This document shows positions 22,593-32,000 of a DNA stretch of 32,000 nt, in pieces. A model generated the notes under the pieces. It saw only the letters and a list, made by a program, of their open reading frames with translations. It had not been told where the DNA came from and searched no databases. Both the position numbers and the translations under genes were made by a program. The DNA is taken from contig NZ_CP088239.1 of NCBI RefSeq assembly GCF_021054785.1, positions 2,190,001 to 2,222,000 on the forward strand, read 5' to 3'. The stretch is from Tannockella kyphosi (GTDB taxonomy: Bacteria > Bacillota_I > Bacilli_A > Erysipelotrichales > Coprobacillaceae). The stretch's first letter is position 1. Each line of letters begins with the position of its first letter.

Positions 22593-24272
22593 ATGAATTA
22601 TCAAAAATACAAAAAGTTTGAAACAATCAAACTACCAGATCGTACATGGCCAGATAATGAGATTACGAAAGCACCTATTTGGACATCTGTAGATTTAAGA
22701 GATGGAAATCAAGCATTAATTACACCAATGAAAATAGAAGAAAAAGTAATGATGTTTCAATTATTAGTAGATATGGGATTTAAAGAAATAGAAGTAGGTT
22801 TTCCTTCTTCTAGTCAAATAGAATATGATTTTCTTAGAATACTAATAGATGAAAACTTAGTACCTGATGATGTTACAGTTCAAGTATTAACACAAGCAAG
22901 AGAACATCTAATTCGTAAAACATTTGAATCTTTAGAAGGATTACCAAAAGCAATCGTTCATATTTATAATTCAACATCTATTTTACAAAGAGATGTTGTC
23001 TTCCATAAAGGTCAAGATGAAATAAAGAAAATAGCAGTAGAAGGAGTCAAACTAGTAAAAGAATTAGCTCAAGAATTCAAAGGAGAAGTATTACTAGAAT
23101 ACTCACCAGAAAGCTTTACTGGAACAGAAGTAGAATATGCATTAGAAGTATGTGAAGCAGTGATGGATGAATGGGAAGCATCTAGTGATAAGAAAGTAAT
23201 TATTAATCTTCCTTCTACAGTAGAAATGTCTTCACCTAATGTATATGCTGATCAAATAGAATGGATGTGTCGTAATTTCAAAGATAGAAGTCGTGTTATT
23301 GTGAGCTTACATGCTCACAATGATAGAGGATGTGGAGTTGCAGCTAGTGAGTTAGGAATTATGGCTGGTGCAGACCGTGTGGAAGGAACTCTATTTGGGA
23401 ATGGAGAACGTACTGGAAATGTAGATATTATTACATTGGCACTAAATATGTTTACACAAGGTGTCAATCCAGAGTTAGATTGTTCTAAGATTAATGATAT
23501 TAAACATGTTTTTGAAAAAGTTACAAAAATGGAAATACCGCCAAGACATCCTTATGTTGGACAATTGGTATTTACGGCATTTTCTGGTAGTCACCAAGAT
23601 GCAATTAATAAAGGAATGCAATGTTATCGAGAAAGAAATGCAGGAATATGGGAAGTTCCTTATTTACCAATTGATCCTAGTGATTTAGGAAGACAATATG
23701 AACCAATTGTTCGTATTAATTCACAATCTGGTAAAGGTGGTGTATCTTATGTGATGGATAGTATGTATGGATATCACTTACCAAAAGGATTACAAGCAGA
23801 TTTTGCTAAGGTGATTCAAGATATTTCAGAAGAAGAAGGAGAAGTATCACCAGAAAGAGTATATGATACATTTGTAGAACAATATGTAGAGAATAATCAA
23901 CCATATAAATTAATAAAACAACAATTAATTGATATTTCAGAAGAAAATGAAGAACATGAAAGAAAAGCAGTACTTATCTTAGAAGATCATGGTGTAGTAA
24001 AAGAAATAATAGGTTATGGAAATGGACCTATTGATGCTGTGAAAGATGCCTTTAATTCAAATGGATTTATAGGATCACACTTATTAGACTATAGTGAACA
24101 TGCATTAACTTCAGGATCTAGTTCAAAAGCTGCTGCATATGTTCACTTACGTCTAAAAGGTAGTGCTATTCAAGAATTTGGGGTAGGTGTTCATCCAAAT
24201 ATTGCAACTGCAACGATTATGGCTATTGTATCAGGGTTGAATCGTTTGTATCAAAGAAAGGCAGGGATGTAA
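22593..24272 (+). CDS. leuA: 2-isopropylmalate synthase (long, LeuA type-2 form)
   Basis: PDRTWPD..APIWTSVDLRDGNQAL, HAHNDRGCGVAASELG and GERTGNVD are present. I prefer the ATG at 22593, which has the RBS GGGAGGG. The track's upstream start at 22554 lies in the T-box terminator. Confidence 0.92.
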   Translation: MNYQKYKKFETIKLPDRTWPDNEITKAPIWTSVDLRDGNQALITPMKIEEKVMMFQLLVDMGFKEIEVGFPSSSQIEYDFLRILIDENLVPDDVTVQVLTQAREHLIRKTFESLEGLPKAIVHIYNSTSILQRDVVFHKGQDEIKKIAVEGVKLVKELAQEFKGEVLLEYSPESFTGTEVEYALEVCEAVMDEWEASSDKKVIINLPSTVEMSSPNVYADQIEWMCRNFKDRSRVIVSLHAHNDRGCGVAASELGIMAGADRVEGTLFGNGERTGNVDIITLALNMFTQGVNPELDCSKINDIKHVFEKVTKMEIPPRHPYVGQLVFTAFSGSHQDAINKGMQCYRERNAGIWEVPYLPIDPSDLGRQYEPIVRINSQSGKGGVSYVMDSMYGYHLPKGLQADFAKVIQDISEEEGEVSPERVYDTFVEQYVENNQPYKLIKQQLIDISEENEEHERKAVLILEDHGVVKEIIGYGNGPIDAVKDAFNSNGFIGSHLLDYSEHALTSGSSSKAAAYVHLRLKGSAIQEFGVGVHPNIATATIMAIVSGLNRLYQRKAGM

Positions 24273-24275
24273 AAC

Positions 24276-25818
<1,543 letters not shown>

Positions 25819-25825
25819 TTGATTT

Positions 25826-25880
25826 CAACACACTTTTGTGTGTTGTAGGTAAGAAGCTTTGCTTCTTAGCTACAACCTAC
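25826..25880 (+). other. Intercistronic structured element (two adjacent hairpins with an alternative pairing), no T-run
   Basis: The first hairpin is CAACACAC-TTTT-GTGTGTTG (25826-25845). The second is GTAGGTAAGAAGC-TTT-GCTTCTTAGCTAC (25845-25873), a 13-bp stem with one mismatch. ACCTAC (25875-25880) can alternatively pair with GTAGGT (25845-25850). Confidence 0.5.
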
Positions 25881-25911
25881 AAAATGAGGGTTTAAGAGGG
25901 GGAAAATAAAT

Positions 25912-27189
25912 ATGGCAATGACAATGACTCAAAAGATACTGGCAGCTCATGCAGGATTAGAACATGTCGAAGCAGGACAACTAATTGAGGCCAAATTAGA
26001 TGTTGTAATGGCAAATGACATTACAGGTCCAATGGCTTTACCAATCTTTCATGAAATGGCAGAAAAAGTATTTGACAAAGAAAAAGTAGTCTTAGTACCA
26101 GATCACTTTACACCAAACAAAGATATTAAATCAGCAGAAAACTCAAAATCAATAAGAGAATTCTCTAATTGTCAATGTTTAACACATCACTATGAAATAG
26201 GACAAATGGGAATAGAACATGCCTTACTTCCTGAAAAAGGAATTGTAGTAGCAGGAGAATGTATTATTGGAGCTGATTCACATACATGTACTTATGGAGC
26301 TTTAGGAGCGTTTTCTACTGGAGTAGGAACAACTGATATTGCTGCCGGGATGGCTTTAGGAGAATTATGGTTTAAAGTACCGAGTGCTATTCAATTTGTA
26401 ATAACAGGAAAACCTAGTCCTTATGTATCAGGGAAAGATGTTATCTTACATATTATTGGTAAAATAGGAGTAGATGGTGCTTTATATAAATCAATGGAAT
26501 TTGTAGGAGAAGGAATAGCTAATCTTACAATGGATGATCGTTTTACTATTGCTAATATGGCTATTGAAGCAGGTGCTAAAAATGGAATATTTGTAGTAGA
26601 TAAACAAGCTGAAGATTATATGAAAGAACATTCATCAAAACAATATACTATTTATCAAGCAGACAAAGATGCTATCTATGATGAAATAATTGAAATAGAC
26701 TTAAGTACTATTCGTCCAACCGTTGCATTCCCTCATTTACCAGGTAATGCAAAAACAATTGATGAAATAGAAGCAATGGAAGCTATCAAAATAGATCAAG
26801 TAGTCATTGGTAGTTGTACCAACGGAAGAATGGAAGACATGCGTAAAGCAGCTGCTATTCTAAAAGGAAACAAAGTACACAAAGATGTCCGTGTTATGGT
26901 CATTCCAGCAACACAAAAAATCTACTTACAATGCATTATGGAAGGTTTAGTAGAAACCTTCATAGAATCAGGATGTACCTTCAATACCCCAAGCTGTGGA
27001 CCTTGTATGGGTGGACACATGGGTGTAATGGCAGCAGGAGAAAAATGTGTATCAACAACCAACCGTAACTTCGTTGGACGTATGGGACATGTAGAATCAT
27101 TAATCTACCTAGCATCACCACAACTAGCAGCAGCTAGCGCTATTGCTGGTGTGATCGCAAATCCTGAAAAAGTAGGAGGACAAAACTAA
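25912..27189 (+). CDS. leuC: 3-isopropylmalate dehydratase large subunit (short, type-2/archaeal-like form)
   Basis: TQKILAAH start, aconitase-family GADSHT, and the Fe-S cysteines in GSCTNGR and SCGPCMG. At 425 aa it is the short LeuC/HacA-type form. Confidence 0.88.
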   Translation: MAMTMTQKILAAHAGLEHVEAGQLIEAKLDVVMANDITGPMALPIFHEMAEKVFDKEKVVLVPDHFTPNKDIKSAENSKSIREFSNCQCLTHHYEIGQMGIEHALLPEKGIVVAGECIIGADSHTCTYGALGAFSTGVGTTDIAAGMALGELWFKVPSAIQFVITGKPSPYVSGKDVILHIIGKIGVDGALYKSMEFVGEGIANLTMDDRFTIANMAIEAGAKNGIFVVDKQAEDYMKEHSSKQYTIYQADKDAIYDEIIEIDLSTIRPTVAFPHLPGNAKTIDEIEAMEAIKIDQVVIGSCTNGRMEDMRKAAAILKGNKVHKDVRVMVIPATQKIYLQCIMEGLVETFIESGCTFNTPSCGPCMGGHMGVMAAGEKCVSTTNRNFVGRMGHVESLIYLASPQLAAASAIAGVIANPEKVGGQN

Positions 27190-27674
27190 TGGGAAAAGTA
27201 TTCAAATATAACGACAACGTCGATACAGACGTAATTATACCAGCTAGATATCTTAATTCATTTGATGCAAAAGAATTAGCTACTCATGCAATGGTAGACA
27301 TTGATCCAACCTTTGCATCAAAAGTACAAGTAGGAGATATTATAGTAGCAGGGAAAAACTTTGGATGTGGTTCTTCTAGAGAACATGCTCCACTATGCTT
27401 AAAAACAGCAGGAGTAAAATGTGTTATTGCTAAAAGCTTTGCACGTATCTTCTATCGTAATTCTATTAATATTGGATTTGCTATCATTGAATGTGTTCAA
27501 GCAGCAGATGATATTGAAGCAAATGATGAAGTAGAAGTAGACTTTATCACAGGAATTATCTATAACAAAACAAAAAACAAACAATATCAAGGACAACCCT
27601 TCCCAGCATTTTTACAAAAAATGATTGAACAAGATGGGTTAGTAAACTATGTAAATAGTAAAAAACAGAGGTAA
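27189..27674 (+). CDS. leuD: 3-isopropylmalate dehydratase small subunit (type-2)
   Basis: [28 protein letters not shown] and SFARIFYRN are present. Length is 161 aa. TAATG overlap with leuC. Confidence 0.88.
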   Translation: MGKVFKYNDNVDTDVIIPARYLNSFDAKELATHAMVDIDPTFASKVQVGDIIVAGKNFGCGSSREHAPLCLKTAGVKCVIAKSFARIFYRNSINIGFAIIECVQAADDIEANDEVEVDFITGIIYNKTKNKQYQGQPFPAFLQKMIEQDGLVNYVNSKKQR

Positions 27675-27676
27675 CT

Positions 27677-28759
27677 ATGGAAAAGAATATAACAATAATC
27701 AAAGGTGATGGAATCGGACCAGAAATAGTAGATGAAGCAATCAAAGTATTACAAGCAATCGCTAAAAAATACAACCATACCTTTACCTATACAGAAGTAC
27801 TAATGGGAGGAGCATCTATCGATGCTCATGGAGTACCTATTACCCAAGAAACAATCGATATTGCTAAAAGCAGTGATAGTGTCTTACTAGGATCTATTGG
27901 TGGAGATACCAACACATCTCCTTGGTACCAACTAGAACCAAAACTTCGTCCTGAAGCAGGACTACTAACAATAAGAAAAGAACTAGGTTTATTCGCAAAC
28001 CTAAGACCAGCTTATTTATATAACGAACTAAAAGAAGCATGTCCTCTAAAACCAGAAATCATTGAAGGTGGTTTTGATATGATGGTAGTAAGAGAATTAA
28101 CAGGAGGAATCTATTTTGGTGCTAGAGAAACCAAAGAAATAGATGGACAACTAGTTGCTACAGATAGCTTAGCTTATAGTGAAACAGAAATAAAAAGAAT
28201 CGTAAAAAAAGCTTTTGAAATAGCGATGAAAAGAAAAAAACAATTAATCAGTGTTGATAAAGCAAACGTATTAGATTCATCAAGACTATGGAGAAAAATA
28301 GTTAACGAACTAGCTAGTGACTACCCAGAAGTAACAGTAGAACATATGTTAGTAGATAACTGTGCAATGCAATTAGTCAGAGATCCAAAACAATTTGATG
28401 TTATTGTAACAGAAAATATGTTTGGAGATATTCTTTCAGATGAAGCAAGTATGATAACAGGATCTATTGGAATGTTATCTAGTGCTAGTCTAAGAGATGA
28501 CAGTTTTGGAATGTATGAACCAAGTCATGGTAGTGCACCAGATATTGCTGGTACAAATAAAGCAAATCCAATTGCTACGATCTTATCAATGGCCCTAATG
28601 CTACGTTACTCTTTTGGTTTGAGTAAAGAAGCATTAGAAGTAGAACAAGCAATAGAAAAAGTATTACAACAAGGATATCGTACAGTTGATATCCTATCAA
28701 AAGATAAAACACTAGTAGGTACAAAAGAAATGGGAGACTTAATTGTAGCCAATTTATAA
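27677..28759 (+). CDS. leuB: 3-isopropylmalate dehydrogenase
   Basis: [32 protein letters not shown] and GSAPDIAG are canonical. Confidence 0.92.
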   Translation: MEKNITIIKGDGIGPEIVDEAIKVLQAIAKKYNHTFTYTEVLMGGASIDAHGVPITQETIDIAKSSDSVLLGSIGGDTNTSPWYQLEPKLRPEAGLLTIRKELGLFANLRPAYLYNELKEACPLKPEIIEGGFDMMVVRELTGGIYFGARETKEIDGQLVATDSLAYSETEIKRIVKKAFEIAMKRKKQLISVDKANVLDSSRLWRKIVNELASDYPEVTVEHMLVDNCAMQLVRDPKQFDVIVTENMFGDILSDEASMITGSIGMLSSASLRDDSFGMYEPSHGSAPDIAGTNKANPIATILSMALMLRYSFGLSKEALEVEQAIEKVLQQGYRTVDILSKDKTLVGTKEMGDLIVANL

Positions 28760-28770
28760 AAGGAGAACAT

Positions 28771-30441
28771 ATGAAAAGTGATAATGTAAAAAGTGGTAGT
28801 CAAAGAGCACCACATCGTTCATTATTTAATGCATTAGGTTATGTAGAAGAAGAACTAGATAGACCATTAATCGGAGTAGTAAACTCTTATAATGAAATAG
28901 TTCCAGGACACATGAACCTAGATAAAATAACAGAAGCAGTAAAAAAAGGAGTATACTTAGCAGGAGGAACTCCTATTGAAATACCAGCTATCGCAGTATG
29001 CGATGGTATCGCAATGAATCATACAGGAATGAAATATTCTTTAGTAACCAGAGAATTAATTGCAGATAGTACCGAAGCAGTAGCTACTGCTCATCAATTT
29101 GATGGACTAGTAATGGTTCCTAACTGTGATAAAAATGTACCAGGACTATTAATGGCAGCAGCTAGAATTGATGTTCCTACTATCTTTGTAAGTGGTGGCC
29201 CAATGTTAGCAGGTCGTAAAGTAGATGGCCAACAAACATGTTTATCTTCTCTATTTGAAGCAGTAGGAGAATTTAATGCCGGTAAAATCAGTGAAGACAA
29301 ACTAAAAGAACTAGAACAAAAAGCATGTCCAACATGTGGATCATGCTCAGGTATGTATACAGCCAACTCAATGAACTGCTTAACAGAAGCGTTAGGAATG
29401 GGACTAAAAGGAAATGGAACAATTCCTGCAGTCTATTCAGAGCGTATTCGTCTAGCTAAAAAAGCTGGTATACAAATCATGGACTTAGTAAAAAGAGATA
29501 TTCGTCCTAGTCAAATCATGTGTGAAGATGCATTTATGAATGCATTAACAATTGATATGGCATTAGGATGTTCTACTAATTCAATGTTACACTTACCTGC
29601 TATCGCTTATGAAGCAGGAGTAGAATTAGACTTAGAAATAGCGAATGAAATAAGTAAAAAAACTCCTAATCTATGTCACCTAGCACCAGCTGGTGACACA
29701 TATATGGAAGATTTAAATGATGCTGGTGGGGTCTATGCAGTAATGAATGAGTTAGATAAACTAAACTTATTAAAAACAGACTTAATGACAGCTACAGGTA
29801 AAACAATCAAAGAAAATATTGAAGGATGTGTAAACCTAGATCATAATATCATTCGTCCAGTAGAAAATCCATATAGTAACTATGGTGGAATAGCAGTATT
29901 AAAAGGAAACTTAGCTCCTGATGGAAGTGTTGTAAAACAATCAGCAGTAGCCAAAGAAATGATGGTACATAGTGGACCAGCACGAGTATTTGAAAGTGAA
30001 GATACGGCAATAGAAGCAATTCGTGCCGGTAAAATAGGAAAAGGAGATGTCGTAGTTATTCGTTACGAAGGACCAAAAGGTGGTCCTGGAATGCGAGAAA
30101 TGTTATCTCCAACTAGTGAAATTGCTGGAATGGGACTAGACAAAGATGTAGCCTTAATTACAGATGGACGTTTCTCAGGAGCTACAAGAGGAGCTTCTAT
30201 TGGACACGTTTCACCAGAAGCAGCACTAGGAGGACCTATTGCCTTTGTAAATGAAGGAGATATCATTGATATCGATATTTACAATCATTCTATGAATGTA
30301 CGTATCACAGATGAAGAAATGGAAGCCAGAAAAGTAGGGTGGCAACCAAAAGAACCAGAAATCAAAAAAGGATACTTAGTAAGATATGCATCATTAGTTA
30401 CATCAGCAGCTAAAGGTGCGGTATTAAAACCTAAAAAATAA
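28771..30441 (+). CDS. ilvD: Dihydroxy-acid dehydratase
   Basis: [39 protein letters not shown] and [15 protein letters not shown] are canonical IlvD blocks. Confidence 0.93.
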   Translation: MKSDNVKSGSQRAPHRSLFNALGYVEEELDRPLIGVVNSYNEIVPGHMNLDKITEAVKKGVYLAGGTPIEIPAIAVCDGIAMNHTGMKYSLVTRELIADSTEAVATAHQFDGLVMVPNCDKNVPGLLMAAARIDVPTIFVSGGPMLAGRKVDGQQTCLSSLFEAVGEFNAGKISEDKLKELEQKACPTCGSCSGMYTANSMNCLTEALGMGLKGNGTIPAVYSERIRLAKKAGIQIMDLVKRDIRPSQIMCEDAFMNALTIDMALGCSTNSMLHLPAIAYEAGVELDLEIANEISKKTPNLCHLAPAGDTYMEDLNDAGGVYAVMNELDKLNLLKTDLMTATGKTIKENIEGCVNLDHNIIRPVENPYSNYGGIAVLKGNLAPDGSVVKQSAVAKEMMVHSGPARVFESEDTAIEAIRAGKIGKGDVVVIRYEGPKGGPGMREMLSPTSEIAGMGLDKDVALITDGRFSGATRGASIGHVSPEAALGGPIAFVNEGDIIDIDIYNHSMNVRITDEEMEARKVGWQPKEPEIKKGYLVRYASLVTSAAKGAVLKPKK

Positions 30442-30459
30442 AGAGAGGAGAGTAGTATT

Positions 30460-32000
30460 ATGATTTTAACAGGTGCAGATATAGTTGTAGAATGTTTATT
30501 AGAACAAGGTGTAGATACAGTATTTGGGTATCCGGGAGGAACGATATTAAACGTCTATGACAGTTTATATAAATACCAAGATAAAATTAATCATATTCTA
30601 ACTTCTCATGAACAAGGCGCAAGTCATGCTGCAGATGGATATGCTAGATCAACAGGAAAAGTAGGAGTTTGTTTAGCGACATCTGGACCAGGAGCTACAA
30701 ATCTTGTTACAGGGATTGCAACAGCTTATATGGATTCTATTCCAATGGTTGCAATCACTGCGAACGTAGCTAGATCATTATTAGGTAGAGATAGTTTTCA
30801 AGAAATTGACATAACAGGTGTAACAATGCCTATTACAAAACATAACTTTATTGTAAAAGACGTAAAAGACTTAGCACATACCATTCGTAGAGCCTTTAAC
30901 ATCGCCAAAGAAGGAAGACCAGGACCAGTACTAGTAGACATTACGAAAGATGCAACAGCTGCCACTATTGAATTCGAACCAAAAATACCAGACACAATAG
31001 GACCTAGAAGCTATACCTATTCAACCTCTGATATCGATAAAGCAGTAGAAATGATAGAAGCATCATCTTGTCCTTTCATCTTTGCAGGAGGCGGAGTTAT
31101 CGCAAGCAACGCAAGTGCTCAACTAAAAGAATTTGCTGAAAAAATAGATGCTCCAGTAGCAGACTCACTAATGGGAAAAGGTGCCTATGATAACACACGT
31201 CCTAGATACACAGGAATGTTAGGAATGCATGGAACAAAAGCATCTAACTTTGGAGTAAGTAAATGTGACTTACTAATTGTAGTAGGAGCTAGATTCTCTG
31301 ATCGTGTTACTGGAAACACACAAAAATTCGCTAACAATGCAAAAATACTACATATCGACATTGATGCAGCAGAAATCAATAAAAACATCGACGTACACCT
31401 AGGTGTAGTTGGAGATGCAGCATGCATCTTAACAGATCTAAATGCAAAACTAACAAGACAAAACCATCCTCAATGGTTAAAAGAAATAAGAGATCTAAAA
31501 GAAAGATATCCAATGACCTATCCTCAAGATCGTTTAACAGGACAATACGTAGTAGAACAAATTGACTTCCTAACAAATGGAGAAGCTCTAATCACAACAG
31601 AAGTAGGACAAAACCAAATGTGGGCTGCTCAATTCTTCCAATACAAATATCCTCGTCAATTTATATCATCAGGAGGAGCAGGAACAATGGGTTATGGATT
31701 AGGTGCTAGTTTAGGAACTAAACTAGGTAATCCACATAAAGATGTATTCAACATTGCAGGAGATGGATGCTTCCGTATGAATATGAACGAACTTGCTACT
31801 GCAAGTCGTTACAACATTCCTATCATTCAAGTAATCTTAAACAATCAAGTACTAGGAATGGTAAGACAATGGCAAACATTATTCTATGGAAAACGTTACT
31901 CTGCAACTGTACTTCATGATAGTGTAGACTTCTGCAAAGTAGCAGAAGGATTAGGATGTCAAGCCATTCGTGTAACAACCAAAGAAGAAGTAGCACCAGC
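30460..32000 (+). CDS. ilvB: Acetolactate synthase large (catalytic) subunit, 3'-truncated by the window edge
   Basis: It is not in the supplied ORF track because no stop falls inside the window. My own translation from the ATG at 30460 (RBS AGAGGAGAG) gives MILTGADIVVECLLEQGVDTVFGYPGG..HEQGASHAADGYAR..TSGPGATN. In the same frame at 31669 onward it gives the ThDP motif SGGAGTMGYGLGASLG..GDGCFRMN. The three minus-strand ORFs listed here are shadow ORFs. Confidence 0.9.
   Translation, partial: MILTGADIVVECLLEQGVDTVFGYPGGTILNVYDSLYKYQDKINHILTSHEQGASHAADGYARSTGKVGVCLATSGPGATNLVTGIATAYMDSIPMVAITANVARSLLGRDSFQEIDITGVTMPITKHNFIVKDVKDLAHTIRRAFNIAKEGRPGPVLVDITKDATAATIEFEPKIPDTIGPRSYTYSTSDIDKAVEMIEASSCPFIFAGGGVIASNASAQLKEFAEKIDAPVADSLMGKGAYDNTRPRYTGMLGMHGTKASNFGVSKCDLLIVVGARFSDRVTGNTQKFANNAKILHIDIDAAEINKNIDVHLGVVGDAACILTDLNAKLTRQNHPQWLKEIRDLKERYPMTYPQDRLTGQYVVEQIDFLTNGEALITTEVGQNQMWAAQFFQYKYPRQFISSGGAGTMGYGLGASLGTKLGNPHKDVFNIAGDGCFRMNMNELATASRYNIPIIQVILNNQVLGMVRQWQTLFYGKRYSATVLHDSVDFCKVAEGLGCQAIRVTTKEEVAP

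Noticed and set aside
23494-23688. A 64-aa + strand ORF inside leuA.
   Set aside because: It is out of frame within a gene whose main frame carries conserved LeuA motifs on both sides, and it has no independent signals.
30798-31576. Three minus-strand ORFs (30798-30995, 31185-31427, 31376-31576) are the only track entries in the last 1.5 kb.
   Set aside because: They lie antisense to an uninterrupted + strand frame encoding the acetolactate synthase large subunit (ilvB). They are artefacts of the track omitting ORFs that lack an in-window stop.

Overview
This is a 32-kb AT-rich chromosome segment of low-GC Bacillota (Firmicutes) type. Every gene I can support lies on the + strand. It falls into three blocks.

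(1) nt 1-14,941 is a Wzx-dependent surface-polysaccharide locus. It holds a 5'-truncated unknown gene, a UDP-GlcA-epimerase-like SDR, a tightly coupled six-gene dTDP-2,6-dideoxy-L-hexose cassette (rmlA, 2,3-dehydratase, 3-ketoreductase, RmlC-like epimerase, SDR 4-ketoreductase, rmlB), a GT4 glycosyltransferase and a Wzx flippase. A roughly 0.6-kb non-coding gap follows, full of hairpins and carrying two tandem ~90-nt repeat units. After it comes a CpsC/CpsD/CpsB tyrosine-kinase module, a very acidic secreted protein and an LCP ligase.

(2) nt 15,060-22,006 holds housekeeping genes: rapZ, whiA, a tiny XRE regulator, a small membrane protein, an orphan second rmlB, a zinc-ribbon/TM/beta-propeller protein overlapping the murF start, murF and ddl.

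(3) nt 22,239-32,000 is a sigma-A promoter plus Leu (CUC) T-box leader driving leuA-ilvN-ilvC-leuC-leuD-leuB-ilvD-ilvB. ilvB runs off the window and is missing from the supplied ORF track.

I found no rRNA, tRNA, CRISPR array, transposase, integrase or recognisable defence genes. The two things I consider most unusual are the antibiotic-style 2,6-dideoxysugar pathway sitting inside a cell-surface glycan locus, and the structured repeat-bearing non-coding region at 10.4-11.0 kb. All functional calls rest on motif and family recognition by eye. No database search was run.
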